A DNA stretch of 64,000 nucleotides from Candidatus Aphodovivens avicola (GCA_018712515.1 DVGW01000050.1:1119-65118); one strand, 5' to 3'. Shown: positions 25,977 to 35,528, counted from the stretch's first letter. Made by a program: numbers and translations. Notes: generated by a model from the sequence alone, not told the origin.

Positions 25977-26751
25977 CGGCAATCACCTCCTTTGCGAGCG
26001 CCGCGTACGCTGCGGCGACTTTTCCCGAGCGGTCGACGGAAAACACGCTCTCGCCGAATGCGGGTGCCTCCGCGGCGCGGGTCGCCATGGGGACGGTCGA
26101 CTCGAAGACCTTGATCGCCCCGCCGTATTCGGCTCGGATGTTCTCCTCGGTGCGGCGTGCAAGGTTCGTCCTGGCATCAACGAGGGTGATGAGAACGCCT
26201 TCGATGGCAAGGTTTGGGTTGATGCGGCGCCTGACGCGTCCTATGGTCTTTATGAGCTGCGTCATTCCTTTTGCAGGCAGGAACTGCGCCTGCACGGGTA
26301 TGAGCACCCCGTCGGCAGCAGTGAGGGCGTTCACCGTCATCATCCCGAGGGAAGGCGGGCAGTCGATCAGCACATAGTCGTAGCCCCTCTTCGCCTCGTC
26401 GAGCCAGGTCTTAAGCGCGTGCTCTCTGCTCATGGCGTTGACGAGCGCCATGTCCGCCGCCGACAGGTCGATGTTCGCGGGCATGAGGTCTACGCCCTCC
26501 TTATGCCGGAGAACCCCTTCGAGCGGGGGGAAGGGCTCGTCGAGCATGGATTTCTCCAGGTGCGTGGAGAGGGTAGTTTCGAGCCTGTCGGGGTCCCATC
26601 CAAGCGAGGTCGTCAGATCGCCTTGAGGATCCGCGTCGACGAGCAGCACCCTCTTCCCGCGCATGGAGAGTGCTATGCCTAGGCTTGCCGCTGTCGTGCT
26701 CTTCCCGGTGCCGCCCTTTTGGTTCGCTATCGCTATCGTTCTGGTTCGCAC
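25930..26751 (-). CDS. parA: ParA family ATPase
   Basis: The track ORF is trimmed to GTG 26751. Deviant Walker A NQKGGTGKST, then LLVDADPQGD. Confidence 0.9.
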   Translation of the reverse strand: MRTRTIAIANQKGGTGKSTTAASLGIALSMRGKRVLLVDADPQGDLTTSLGWDPDRLETTLSTHLEKSMLDEPFPPLEGVLRHKEGVDLMPANIDLSAADMALVNAMSREHALKTWLDEAKRGYDYVLIDCPPSLGMMTVNALTAADGVLIPVQAQFLPAKGMTQLIKTIGRVRRRINPNLAIEGVLITLVDARTNLARRTEENIRAEYGGAIKVFESTVPMATRAAEAPAFGESVFSVDRSGKVAAAYAALAKEVIADAPRERDTLQSAVCR

Positions 26752-27197
26752 GGCTTCTTCCCCTTTCCGCGGTGCAGCTTCGGCGCTTGCCTGGAGGGAA
26801 GGGGCTCGTCCTGCATCTCCAGATGGTCGTGCACGTACATCATAAGAGCCCTGTTGCCGGGGACGATTCTGGGCACCGCCAGATCGAGCCTCACCTTCGA
26901 GAAGGCGGGGAGGTTCTCGTTCGATTCGAGCAGCGACACGACCTCGAATACCCTTCGCCTGTTCAGCGAGAAAGGCGGAGGAGGGGCGGGATCGTAGCCG
27001 AACCTCGCCTCGATGCGGACGAGCACGAGGCATTCGCCGTCTTTGGCTGCGATGTCCGCAATGCCGCTTCCCAGGTCGCTGATGTCTGGCAATACGACGC
27101 TCATGCCCCTTGATTTGATGAACGCCTCGGTTATTTTTCTGACCTTGTCCTCTGGCTGCAATTTCTCCACGTCTGCTCTCCTCTCTCGGTCGCGCAC
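26733..27197 (-). CDS. YraN/UPF0102-like endonuclease-fold protein (tentative)
   Basis: GIADIAAKDGECLVLVRIEAR ... VRLDLAV resembles the YraN core (GEIDLI...VFVEVR...RFDVVA). GTG start. First gene of the parAB operon. Confidence 0.45.
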   Translation of the reverse strand: MRDRERRADVEKLQPEDKVRKITEAFIKSRGMSVVLPDISDLGSGIADIAAKDGECLVLVRIEARFGYDPAPPPPFSLNRRRVFEVVSLLESNENLPAFSKVRLDLAVPRIVPGNRALMMYVHDHLEMQDEPLPSRQAPKLHRGKGKKPCEPER

Positions 27198-27733
27198 CTG
27201 CTTTTCGTGCTCTGGGCTCGGACTTCACGCTTTGCCGATACGACGCACAAATCGTTATCGGGTGGTCAGAAGAGCGTGTTTCGAATAATCGGCACGAGAT
27301 TGCTTGGTCTGGACTAATGCGCGCTTGCCTCATCTAGATCCGTTTCGTTTAGCTGTCGCAAAGAACAGGCACGCTGAGCCGTTGCGTTTTATCCAGATCA
27401 TTTTTGGTTCTAGTTTTTGCTAATCCGCAAGGATGCACGTACCGCTCTCTTGCGACGGCATCGGGGCGGATAAGCTACCCGCCCCTTATGTATGCAGAAA
27501 ACGAGACTCCGAAACGAGCTTTGCCCGATAAGAAACTTGAAGACAAGCGAACGGTGTTGGGTCGAACCGTTGTCGCAATGCACAGCAAAAGGCATAACGC
27601 AGTGAATTACAGTGAAATTCGTCAAAATCTTGCAAGCGCAATATACATATACGATAAGTAAGCCTCTTCGTATAACCGCTGGTAGACTCAATGTTTTCTT
27701 CGAAAGAAGGCATTTTCTATCGTAAACATTCAT

Positions 27734-27795
27734 GCTGGGAGAGCATCACGTTCGCAACGTGGGGGCCGAGGGTTCGAATCCCTTCATCTCCACCA
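27734..27795 (+). tRNA. 5'-truncated tRNA-Ala(CGC) copy (3' ~62 nt only), probably the attR core
   Basis: D-loop 3' half GCTGGGAGAGC. Anticodon arm TCACG/TTCGCAA/CGTGG. Variable loop GGGCC. T arm GAGGG/TTCGAAT/CCCTT. Acceptor 3' strand CATCTCC (U70) plus ACCA. The expected 5' strand GGAGATG and the 5' D-stem are absent upstream. Confidence 0.7.
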
Positions 27796-27803
27796 TGGAG
27801 ACC

Positions 27804-27836
27804 AAACAGGCTCGGCAGTGCGCCGGGCCTGTTTTG
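27804..27836 (+). terminator. Intrinsic terminator downstream of the tRNA remnant (bidirectional with the thioesterase gene)
   Basis: AAACAGGCTCGGC-agtgc-GCCGGGCCTGTTT followed by TTG. Confidence 0.55.
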
Positions 27837-27865
27837 CGTTCGGGATCCGAAGGGATTCGAACCGT

Positions 27866-28594
27866 CTACTGCAGCTCCACCACGCCGTAGGTGCCGCCGT
27901 CCTCGTCGGAAAGCAGAACGACGGTCCGGTCCGGATCGATCGCCACGTGCGGGCAGATGACATCGCCCAGCACCGCGGAGCGGCGGTAGTCGACGCGCAC
28001 ACGACGCGGCTGCATCTCGTCGGGGAGCATGCTCAAAGCGATGCGCACGTACTGGCTGTTGTTCACGTGCTCGTTGGTGTCGATGAGGTCGCGACGCACC
28101 GTGATGGGATCGCAGGCGCGCAGCTCGTCGGCGGCGGGCAGTGCGATCTTGCGGCTCTCCTTGGGCATCTCCAAGGGCGTTCCCAAACCGTAGGCGGCAA
28201 CGTGCTCGGCTGCGGGACGCACTGGCTTGCCCGCTGCCAGATCCATGAACCCCCAGGTTGAATGCGCTCGGGCGATGACGTCTCCCGACTCGCCGCGAAG
28301 GTAGAAATCCCTCCCCGCGGACACCGTCTTGAAGCTGCTCGCAAAGGTGCCGACCGTGATCTGCTCGGCAAGCTTCGGATACCGATCCACCTCGATATGC
28401 CAGTGCGTGAGAACCCAGGCGTTCTGTTCGCTCTTAAGAAACTCGGGTCCATAGCCGATCTTCTCCGAATGGAAGATGCTGCAATCTTGGAAGATGTCGA
28501 TGAGCGCGGGAAGCGACATCGTCCCGTTATGGGTCGTCTCGCTGTAGCGGACGTGCGCGTCGAATTCGAACGCCGCCGGATCAAGCTTCTCCAT
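27866..28594 (-). CDS. Acyl-ACP thioesterase
   Basis: Trimmed to ATG 28594 (RBS GAGGAG). 242 aa, double hot-dog pattern with VRYSETT...WVLTHWHIEV and DTNEHVNNSQYV. Confidence 0.8.
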   Translation of the reverse strand: MEKLDPAAFEFDAHVRYSETTHNGTMSLPALIDIFQDCSIFHSEKIGYGPEFLKSEQNAWVLTHWHIEVDRYPKLAEQITVGTFASSFKTVSAGRDFYLRGESGDVIARAHSTWGFMDLAAGKPVRPAAEHVAAYGLGTPLEMPKESRKIALPAADELRACDPITVRRDLIDTNEHVNNSQYVRIALSMLPDEMQPRRVRVDYRRSAVLGDVICPHVAIDPDRTVVLLSDEDGGTYGVVELQ

Positions 28595-29101
28595 GGTGCT
28601 CCTCAAACGTGCGATGCGGATATCGAAGAGAGCATAGCACTGCACGGCGAAAGCTCGGGCGCGTTTTCCGCTCGAATCCAAGCTGGCTCACGGCTTTCCA
28701 GAACCCGTTTTCTGCTTGTCTGCGCCCGGGCTTCCTTTCAGCCCGCCCGCTACTTTGGCTTCTTTCTTTTCTGCTTGCCCGCCTGCCTGTGCTGTCTGTC
28801 TGCCTGCTTGTTCGGTCCTTCCCTCTGTTGAGGCTCTCTGTCGGGATTCCGGAGCTTCCCCGAATAACGCATTTTTTGGATATCTCAGTCAATTATTTCG
28901 TTATTTGGGGAAGAGAAGGCGGAAATGCAGGGAATAGTGCAAATCCCTTGCTCTGCTGATGGACGGAATCGATTGTCGTGACGATCTGTTACGCAAAAAT
29001 GCCTGGTAAAAATTATATTCAAACATGGTATGTTTTGATTTCGACCCGGATCGCGATTCGATGATTCGCTTGCTCCGAGACGGCGTGAGTCACCAGCAAC
29101 A

Positions 29102-29974
29102 TCAGCGCGCCTTCTGCGAGCCGATCCAGCTGGCGATAGATCCGATAACCACGAGCGCGGCACCTACCCAGAAGACCGGACCGGGGGTCGCTGCCAAGAT
29201 GATCGTGGTGGCGATGGTCGATAGGACCGGCGTGGCGTACGACGAGATGGACAGCACACGCATATCGCCGCGCACGATTGCGTGGCCCCACAGCGCATAG
29301 CCCGCCGCCACCGCCGCTGCGGTTGCGATGAGCGGGACGAGGTCCGCCGGCTCGAACGAAGTCGGCAGCGGCGCGCCCTTCGCGAAGAATACCGCCCAGA
29401 GAGCGATCGCGACTGCCGTGAAGAAGTACGCGATGGCGTTGCCGCCGTCGGACACCTTCGGCGTGACGGTGTTGTAGAGGCCCCACAGAAGCGCCGCAAC
29501 GCCGGCAAGCACATAGGGGGCGGGGTTGACGAAGAACTCGGCGAATGCCGATCCTCGCGCGAGCAGGTCCTGCCCGCCCACGGCGAGGGCGACGCCGATC
29601 GTTGCCACGATCGCGCCGGGCAGCACCCGCAGAAACGACGCTCCGCGCCCATCTCCGCCGAACAGCGCCCACAGCAGCACTGTGAACGTGGGCCACAGGT
29701 AGTTGAGCATGCTGACCTCGAGCGTTTGGGCCGGGCTTGCGGCAAGGCCGACGGCGAGCGCCAGCAGCACCTCATACGATACAAAAAACACGCCGCTCAC
29801 CAGCAGGAACTTGCTCGAGAGCCGGCGCAGGGGAGTGGGTCGGTTCACCAGGAACAGCAGCACGGCGCCAACCGTGTACACGAGGGCTCCGCCCAGCTCC
29901 GATCCGAACGCGTTCATAGTCGCGCGCAGAAGCCCGATCATCAGGCTCCAGCACAGGATGCCGGCGATGCCCAT
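29102..29974 (-). CDS. EamA/DMT family transporter
   Basis: About 10 TM helices. The track start (TTG 30100) would translate one arm of the 33-bp palindrome, so I prefer ATG 29974. The start remains uncertain. Confidence 0.7.
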   Translation of the reverse strand: MGIAGILCWSLMIGLLRATMNAFGSELGGALVYTVGAVLLFLVNRPTPLRRLSSKFLLVSGVFFVSYEVLLALAVGLAASPAQTLEVSMLNYLWPTFTVLLWALFGGDGRGASFLRVLPGAIVATIGVALAVGGQDLLARGSAFAEFFVNPAPYVLAGVAALLWGLYNTVTPKVSDGGNAIAYFFTAVAIALWAVFFAKGAPLPTSFEPADLVPLIATAAAVAAGYALWGHAIVRGDMRVLSISSYATPVLSTIATTIILAATPGPVFWVGAALVVIGSIASWIGSQKAR

Positions 29975-30060
29975 CAATGTGGCGCGGTTTTCGATGAGAG
30001 TCTCCTTGGGATCGGTTCGGGCCGGTTGGGGATGGCAACGGCGTTTCGGGTTCGGACTGA

Positions 30061-30133
30061 GGGGTGTGACGGGGGACGGTCCTTCTGTCACATTATCCAA
30101 ATGTGACAGAAGGACCGTCCCCCGTCACACCCC
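30061..30133. repeat. 33-bp perfect inverted repeat with a 7-nt loop
   Basis: GGGGTGTGACGGGGGACGGTCCTTCTGTCACAT-tatccaa-ATGTGACAGAAGGACCGTCCCCCGTCACACCCC, checked base by base. Confidence 0.95.
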
Positions 30134-30163
30134 GTCACAGCACCTCGCCCAAAGTCTCGCGTC

Positions 30164-31276
30164 CTACACGAGGCATGCGTCCAGCGCTGCCTCCACGGCG
30201 GCGCGGTTCATGCGGCGCCCGATGATGCACAGACGCGTGCCGCGGTCTCCCAGCTCGGGATCCCAATACGCGGCGAGCGCCGGATCGGCCGCGAACGCCT
30301 CCGCACGCTCCTCCTCGGGCATCGCCGCGACGAAGGGGCCGGTGCCCGTCGCCGAGATCTCGCGTCCCGCCTGCTCGAACATATAGCGCTCGTCGGGATC
30401 CTGCGCCGCCCAGATGATGCCCTTGGCGCGCACGATCCCCTCGGGCCAATGACTCGCCAGCTCGCCGAGCGCCTCGAGGTCGATCTTGCGCCGGCGGTCG
30501 TACACGAACGTCGAGAACCCGTACTCGAGCACCTCGGGGTTCTCATGCTCTTCGGGATGGTCCATCGCGTCGGCCCACACCGCCGAGTTGTAGGCGTCCA
30601 TGAAGTCGAAGCGCCCCGTGTTCACGAGCTCCTCCATCGCCACCTCGCCGCGCTGCGCCTCGACGATCCGCGCGTTCTTCTGCAGGCTGCGCACGATCGC
30701 GCGCAGCTCGTCGATCTGGGCGGGGGTCACCTTGTCCGTCTTGTTCAGGATGAGGGTGGTGCAGAACTCGATCTGCTGGATGAGCAGGCTTTCCACATCG
30801 TCCTCGTCGACATCGCCGGACACGAGCGCCCGTCCGCCGTTGAACTCGTCGTACATGCGCGCGCAGTCGACCACGCACACGATGTTGTCGAGCGCGAGCG
30901 GCGCGGAGCCCTCTTGGCTCGCGTCGCAGAACCCGCTGATGGTGTAGGCGATGGGGATGGGCTCGCAGATGCCCGATGCCTCGATGACGACGTAGTCGAA
31001 CTCGCCCGAGCGCGCGATGCGGGAGAGTTGCGCGGCCAGATCCTCCGACAGGGTGCAGCAGATGCAGCCGTTGGTCAGCGGGATGATGTCCTCGGCCAGC
31101 CCGCCGTCGCGCACCAAGGCGGCGTCGACGTTCACCTCGCCGATATCGTTGACGATGACGGCGGCGCGAATGCCGCGCTGGTTCGCGAGCAGGTGGTTCA
31201 AAAGCGTGGTCTTACCGGCGCCCAGGTAGCCGGTGAGCAGGATGATCTTCGTCGGTGCGACGGCGTTGTCGGCCAT
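30164..31276 (-). CDS. CobW/COG0523 family GTPase (metal chaperone type)
   Basis: GYLGAGKTTLLNHLL and GCICCT motifs. Confidence 0.85.
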   Translation of the reverse strand: MADNAVAPTKIILLTGYLGAGKTTLLNHLLANQRGIRAAVIVNDIGEVNVDAALVRDGGLAEDIIPLTNGCICCTLSEDLAAQLSRIARSGEFDYVVIEASGICEPIPIAYTISGFCDASQEGSAPLALDNIVCVVDCARMYDEFNGGRALVSGDVDEDDVESLLIQQIEFCTTLILNKTDKVTPAQIDELRAIVRSLQKNARIVEAQRGEVAMEELVNTGRFDFMDAYNSAVWADAMDHPEEHENPEVLEYGFSTFVYDRRRKIDLEALGELASHWPEGIVRAKGIIWAAQDPDERYMFEQAGREISATGTGPFVAAMPEEERAEAFAADPALAAYWDPELGDRGTRLCIIGRRMNRAAVEAALDACLV

Positions 31277-31309
31277 GAGAGGCTCCTATCGATCGGGTGA
31301 ACCCAACGT

Positions 31310-32413
31310 TCACCCCTCATGATAGCGCTTCACGACGCAATCGTTTTTGCCGGCCTGCTTGGCGGCGTAGAGCGCCTCGTCTGCCTGCTGGAACAGACGC
31401 GAGAAATCGACCGATTGCCCGTCGGCGTAGACGGCGCCCATGCTCAGCGTGATCGCCGTGCCGGCGGTGCCCTGCGACTCCTCGGCCACGCGGCACGCCA
31501 GCTCCTCGAAGCGGCGGCGGATGATGCTCTCGTCGATCATCCGGTCAGCCAGCACCAGGTACTCATCGCCGCCGAAGCGCGCGATGAGATCCGTGGGGCG
31601 GTAGAGCTCCAGCAGGATGTCGCCCACGCGCGAGAGCACCTTGTCGCCGGTGTCGTGGCCGAAGGTGTCGTTGATCTGCTTGAAGTCGTCGATGTCGATG
31701 ACGGCGAGCGAGCAGGACGAGCGCGGGTTGTGCACCTCGAAATAGCGCTTGGCGTCGTCGAAGAACGCGCGCTTGTTGTACAGGCTCGACAGCGTGTCGC
31801 GCTTGCTCATGGTCTCGTAGCGCAGCTTCAGCTCGTGGGCGCCCAGGCGCGATTCCATCACCAGCTGCGACACGCAGATGGCGAAGAAGGCGCCGGCGAG
31901 CATGCCGTAGAGGTCGTATTGGGCGATGTAGGGATTCTTCATCGTGACGACCAGGACGGCATAGAACGCCTCCGCCGCCGCCAGCATGCCGTAGGTGAGC
32001 CAGGCGGGCAGGATGAACAACGAGGGGAGCGCGATGCAGAGCAGCTGCACGAAGCTGGTGGGGGCGTCGGGGCCTCCCAGCGTGTCGATGAGGATGACGA
32101 ACAGGTACAGCATCGCCTCGAACGCGGCGCACAGCACGACCGAGGAGCGGTAGCTCACCCTGCTGCCTCTGGACCATGCGAAGGCGCAGAGCGCGATCGA
32201 CACGGGAAGCAGTGCGTAGTGGTAGGGGCTCGGCGTCCAGTCCTTGATGAGGAGCGCTGCGAGGACGAGCAGCGCGACGAGCAGGAGGACGGTGAACAGC
32301 GAGGCGTAGCGGAGGGTGGACATGTTGCTCTGGATGATCTCCTCGCGCTCTTCGCGCAGGAAGAACTTGCGACGCTCATTGTGGGATTTGATTGTCGTGC
32401 GCAGCTTGCCCAT
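31310..32413 (-). CDS. Membrane-bound diguanylate cyclase (GGDEF)
   Basis: Trimmed to ATG 32413 (RBS GGGGAGG). N-terminal TM helices. RFGGDEYLV active site. Confidence 0.85.
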   Translation of the reverse strand: MGKLRTTIKSHNERRKFFLREEREEIIQSNMSTLRYASLFTVLLLVALLVLAALLIKDWTPSPYHYALLPVSIALCAFAWSRGSRVSYRSSVVLCAAFEAMLYLFVILIDTLGGPDAPTSFVQLLCIALPSLFILPAWLTYGMLAAAEAFYAVLVVTMKNPYIAQYDLYGMLAGAFFAICVSQLVMESRLGAHELKLRYETMSKRDTLSSLYNKRAFFDDAKRYFEVHNPRSSCSLAVIDIDDFKQINDTFGHDTGDKVLSRVGDILLELYRPTDLIARFGGDEYLVLADRMIDESIIRRRFEELACRVAEESQGTAGTAITLSMGAVYADGQSVDFSRLFQQADEALYAAKQAGKNDCVVKRYHEG

Positions 32414-32839
32414 TGTCACCTCCCCGTGCTGCCCGGCGCCTCGATCCTCTGCCGGTCGAAGCGATACCCTCGCATCGGCGGCAGCTATTCCGCCGTGCAC
32501 AAGTATCAGGAGTGGATGGCCGTGAATCGTCCTTAAAACGAGATCTATTATAAACAAACACCCTCCCGGTGCACTATCGTTGCAACCGATTCATCCATTC
32601 ATGGAACCAATGCCTCATTCGTTTTCGGATTTGCGCAAGGCGAGCATAGGGGCGCTGTTGAGACGAGGCGGCATCCCGCAGTCGCTCCATGCGGCGCCGT
32701 GGGTCTTTCCCGAAGGTTGCGGAGGCAGAATACGATGCGTCGAGGGCGCATGCTACAATGCCCACGCGGTCCCTACGAACCGCCACCGCCGCACCTTCGC
32801 GCGGCGGCGCCGATGCTTCGACACAGGAAGGTCTCATCG

Positions 32840-33652
32840 ATGAAGGCTCTCATTCCCGCCGCGGGCCTGGGCACGCGGTTCCTCCCGGCGACCAAGGCGC
32901 AGCCCAAGGAGATGCTGCTGGTCGTCGACCGCCCCGTCATCCAATACATCGTCGAGGAGGGGCTCGCCTCTGCCGCCGACGAGGTCGTGATCATCAACAG
33001 CCGCGAGAAGAAGGCGATCGAGGACCACTTCAGCCCCAATCCCGAGCTGGTCGCGACGCTGCGCGAGCGCGGCAAGGACAAGTACGCCGACATCGTCGAG
33101 CAGGTCGGCTCCTACAACGTGAGCTACGTCTACCAGGACGAGCCGCTGGGCCTGGGCCACGCCATCTACTGCGCCCACGAGAAGACCGCCGGCGAGCCGT
33201 TCTACGTGCTGCTGGGCGATGTGATCGTTCCCGACAACAAGATGCTGCCGCGTATGCAGGAGATCTCCGACGAGCATGGCGGCGCGAGCGTCGTCGCAGT
33301 CATGCCCGTGCCCGACGACCAGGTGAGCCGCTTCGGCATCATCGCGGGCCAGGCGATCTCCGACGATGTGTGGAAGATCGACTCCCTCGTCGAGAAGCCC
33401 GCGCTCGAGGACGCGCCCTCCAACCTCGCCGTGTTCGGTCGCTACCTGCTCTCCGCGCGCGTCATGGAGCTGCTCGCCGACGTCGAGCCCGGCGTGGGCG
33501 GCGAGATCCAGCTCACCGACGCGCTCGATGCCGTCCTCAAGGAGGAGGAGATGTACGCGCTCGTGATCGATCCCGCCGACGGCTTCGACACCGGCACCGT
33601 CGAGAGCTGGCTTGAAACCAACAACGTCCTGTACAAGCGCAAGAACGGCTAG
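32840..33652 (+). CDS. galU: UTP--glucose-1-phosphate uridylyltransferase
   Basis: MKALIPAAGLGTRFLPATKAQPKEML from ATG 32840. Confidence 0.9.
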   Translation: MKALIPAAGLGTRFLPATKAQPKEMLLVVDRPVIQYIVEEGLASAADEVVIINSREKKAIEDHFSPNPELVATLRERGKDKYADIVEQVGSYNVSYVYQDEPLGLGHAIYCAHEKTAGEPFYVLLGDVIVPDNKMLPRMQEISDEHGGASVVAVMPVPDDQVSRFGIIAGQAISDDVWKIDSLVEKPALEDAPSNLAVFGRYLLSARVMELLADVEPGVGGEIQLTDALDAVLKEEEMYALVIDPADGFDTGTVESWLETNNVLYKRKNG

Positions 33653-33658
33653 TTTCGG

Positions 33659-33684
33659 TTCCGCCGTTCTGACGAACGGCGGAA
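33659..33684 (+). terminator. Hairpin after galU (no T-tract)
   Basis: TTCCGCCGTTC-tgac-GAACGGCGGAA. Confidence 0.45.
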
Positions 33685-33687
33685 GTC

Positions 33688-33808
33688 GCCGACGCTGCGA
33701 GGGCCTGCGGCGGCACGGCTGGCGCTCCAAGGTTTTCTCGCGTACCGAAGTACGCTTCGAAAACCTTTCACGCCATCCGCACTCGCCGTAGGCCCTCTCG
33801 CTGACGTT
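33688..33808. repeat. Long-hairpin intergenic element, copy A
   Basis: CGACGCTGCGAGGG...GCGTACCGAAGTACGC...CCCTCTCGCTGACG. The arms are complementary. Confidence 0.8.
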
Positions 33809-33932
33809 ATGAACGCGATGCGGCATTTTCTTATTCAACCAGAGGTTGTGCTTTCAGCGCCCTGTGACGGTCGATCGTCGCAGGGCGCTACACTTTCCGG
33901 TTGGACAAAACGACCCAGGAAAGGATCCCCGC

Positions 33933-35495
33933 ATGTTCCAAGACAACGCCATCTGGATGGGCACCGGCGAAAAGCACGTGAACCTCCTCCTCAACCAGGC
34001 GAACCGCCACGGCCTCATCGCCGGCGCGTCCGGCACGGGCAAGACCGTCACGCTCAAGGTGATGGCGGAAGGCTTCTCGAAGGCGGGCGTGCCCGTGTTC
34101 ATGGCCGACGTCAAGGGCGACGTGACCGGCATGTGCGAGGCGGGCAAGGACTCCGAGGACATGCAGGAGCGCATCAAGCGCTTCGGCATCGAGGGCTTCG
34201 CGTTCGAGGGCTGCCCCACGCGCTTCTGGGATATGCTGGGCGGCCAGGGGCTGCCGGTGCGCATCACGATCTCCGACATGGGCCCCACGCTGCTCTCGCG
34301 CCTGCTGGAGCTCACCGACGTGCAGGAGGGCGTGCTCGACATCGTGTTCCGCATCGCCGATGACAAGAAGCTCCTGCTGATCGACCTCAAGGATCTGCGC
34401 GCCATGCTCAACTACGTGTCCGAGCAAGCCAAGGAATACGAGACCACCTACGGCAAGGTCTCCTCGCAGTCGGTCGGCGCCATCCTGCGCGCGCTCATCT
34501 CCGTCGAGGACCAGGGCGGAGATGTGTTCTTCGGCGAGCCCGATCTGGACCTTTCCGATTGGTTCGCCTGCGCGCCCAACGGCCAGGGCTACGTCAACGT
34601 CCTCAATGCCGCCAAGCTCATCCAAAGCCCCCAGATCTACGCGATGTTTTTGCTGTGGATGCTCTCGGAGCTGTTCGACACGCTGCCCGAGGAGGGCGAC
34701 CTCGACAAGCCCAAGTTCGTCTTCTTCTTCGACGAGGCGCATCTGCTGTTCAACGATATGCCCAAAGAGCTGCTGGACAAGATCGTCCAGGTGGTCAAGC
34801 TCATCCGCTCCAAGGGCGTGGGCGTCTACTTCATCACCCAGAGCCCGAGCGACATCCCCGACGAGGTGCTCGCCCAGCTGTCCAACCGCATCCAGCACGG
34901 CCTGCGCGCCTACACGCCCGCCGAGCAGAAGGCGGTGCGCGCCGCGGCGCAGTCGTTCCGCGAGAACCCGGCGTTCAAGTCCGAGGACGTGATCCTGGAG
35001 CTGGGCACGGGCGAGGCGCTGGTGTCGTTCCTCAACGAGGACGGCCAGCCCGAGATCGTCGAGCGCGCCAAGATCCTGCCGCCGCAGTGCCTGATGGCGG
35101 CTGCTTCCGATGAGGCGATGAAGAAGGCGCTCGACGAGCAGGCCGGGCTGATGGAGAAATACGGCACCGCCGAGGATCGCGAATCCGCTTTCGAGCAGAT
35201 CGCCGAGATGGCCGAGGACGAGGCCGAGGCAGCCGAGGAGGCTGCGGAGGAAGCCGCCAAGGCCGAAGAGGAGGCCAAGGCCGCCGAGAAGGCGCGCAAG
35301 GAGGAGGAGAAGGCCGCCGAGCGTGCCGCGCGCGAAGCCGAGAAGGCCGCCGAGCGCGAGGAGAGGGCGCGTGAGAAGCAGACCCAGGACGTGATCAAGA
35401 ACATCGGCAAGATCGCCACGTCGTTCCTCGGGGCGTTCGGCCGCGATGCCGCCAAGGAGATCACCCGCGGCCTGTTCGGCACGCGTCGCCGCTAA
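33933..35495 (+). CDS. DUF853 (YjgR/HerA-like) ATPase
   Basis: Trimmed to ATG 33933. Walker A GASGTGKT. E/K/A-rich tail. Confidence 0.8.
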   Translation: MFQDNAIWMGTGEKHVNLLLNQANRHGLIAGASGTGKTVTLKVMAEGFSKAGVPVFMADVKGDVTGMCEAGKDSEDMQERIKRFGIEGFAFEGCPTRFWDMLGGQGLPVRITISDMGPTLLSRLLELTDVQEGVLDIVFRIADDKKLLLIDLKDLRAMLNYVSEQAKEYETTYGKVSSQSVGAILRALISVEDQGGDVFFGEPDLDLSDWFACAPNGQGYVNVLNAAKLIQSPQIYAMFLLWMLSELFDTLPEEGDLDKPKFVFFFDEAHLLFNDMPKELLDKIVQVVKLIRSKGVGVYFITQSPSDIPDEVLAQLSNRIQHGLRAYTPAEQKAVRAAAQSFRENPAFKSEDVILELGTGEALVSFLNEDGQPEIVERAKILPPQCLMAAASDEAMKKALDEQAGLMEKYGTAEDRESAFEQIAEMAEDEAEAAEEAAEEAAKAEEEAKAAEKARKEEEKAAERAAREAEKAAEREERAREKQTQDVIKNIGKIATSFLGAFGRDAAKEITRGLFGTRRR

Positions 35496-35528
35496 AAGGT
35501 TTCGCCCGCCTGTCGGCCGGCGGAACTG

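Larger units (their letters stand above)
1..27795. mobile_element. Right-hand ~27.8 kb of an integrative conjugative element (Gram-positive type T4SS, MOB relaxosome, ParAB, cargo). The left end and integrase lie outside the window.
   Basis: A contiguous minus-strand block of conjugation, partition and anti-restriction genes (listed below). It ends in an AT-rich arm next to a 5'-truncated tRNA-Ala copy at 27734-27795. Confidence 0.8.

Noticed and set aside
27404-27733. ORFs 27404..27661(+) and 27410..27733(-) in the AT-rich ICE arm.
   Set aside because: They have no RBS, atypical composition, mutual overlap and no recognisable motifs. The region is better explained as a non-coding att arm or regulatory DNA.
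27841-27866. A possible second tRNA on the minus strand, suggested by GGATTCGAACC (an inverted T-loop).
   Set aside because: Only about 15 nt match. The flanking bases cannot form a T stem, an acceptor stem or an anticodon arm. I noted it only as a possible integration scar.
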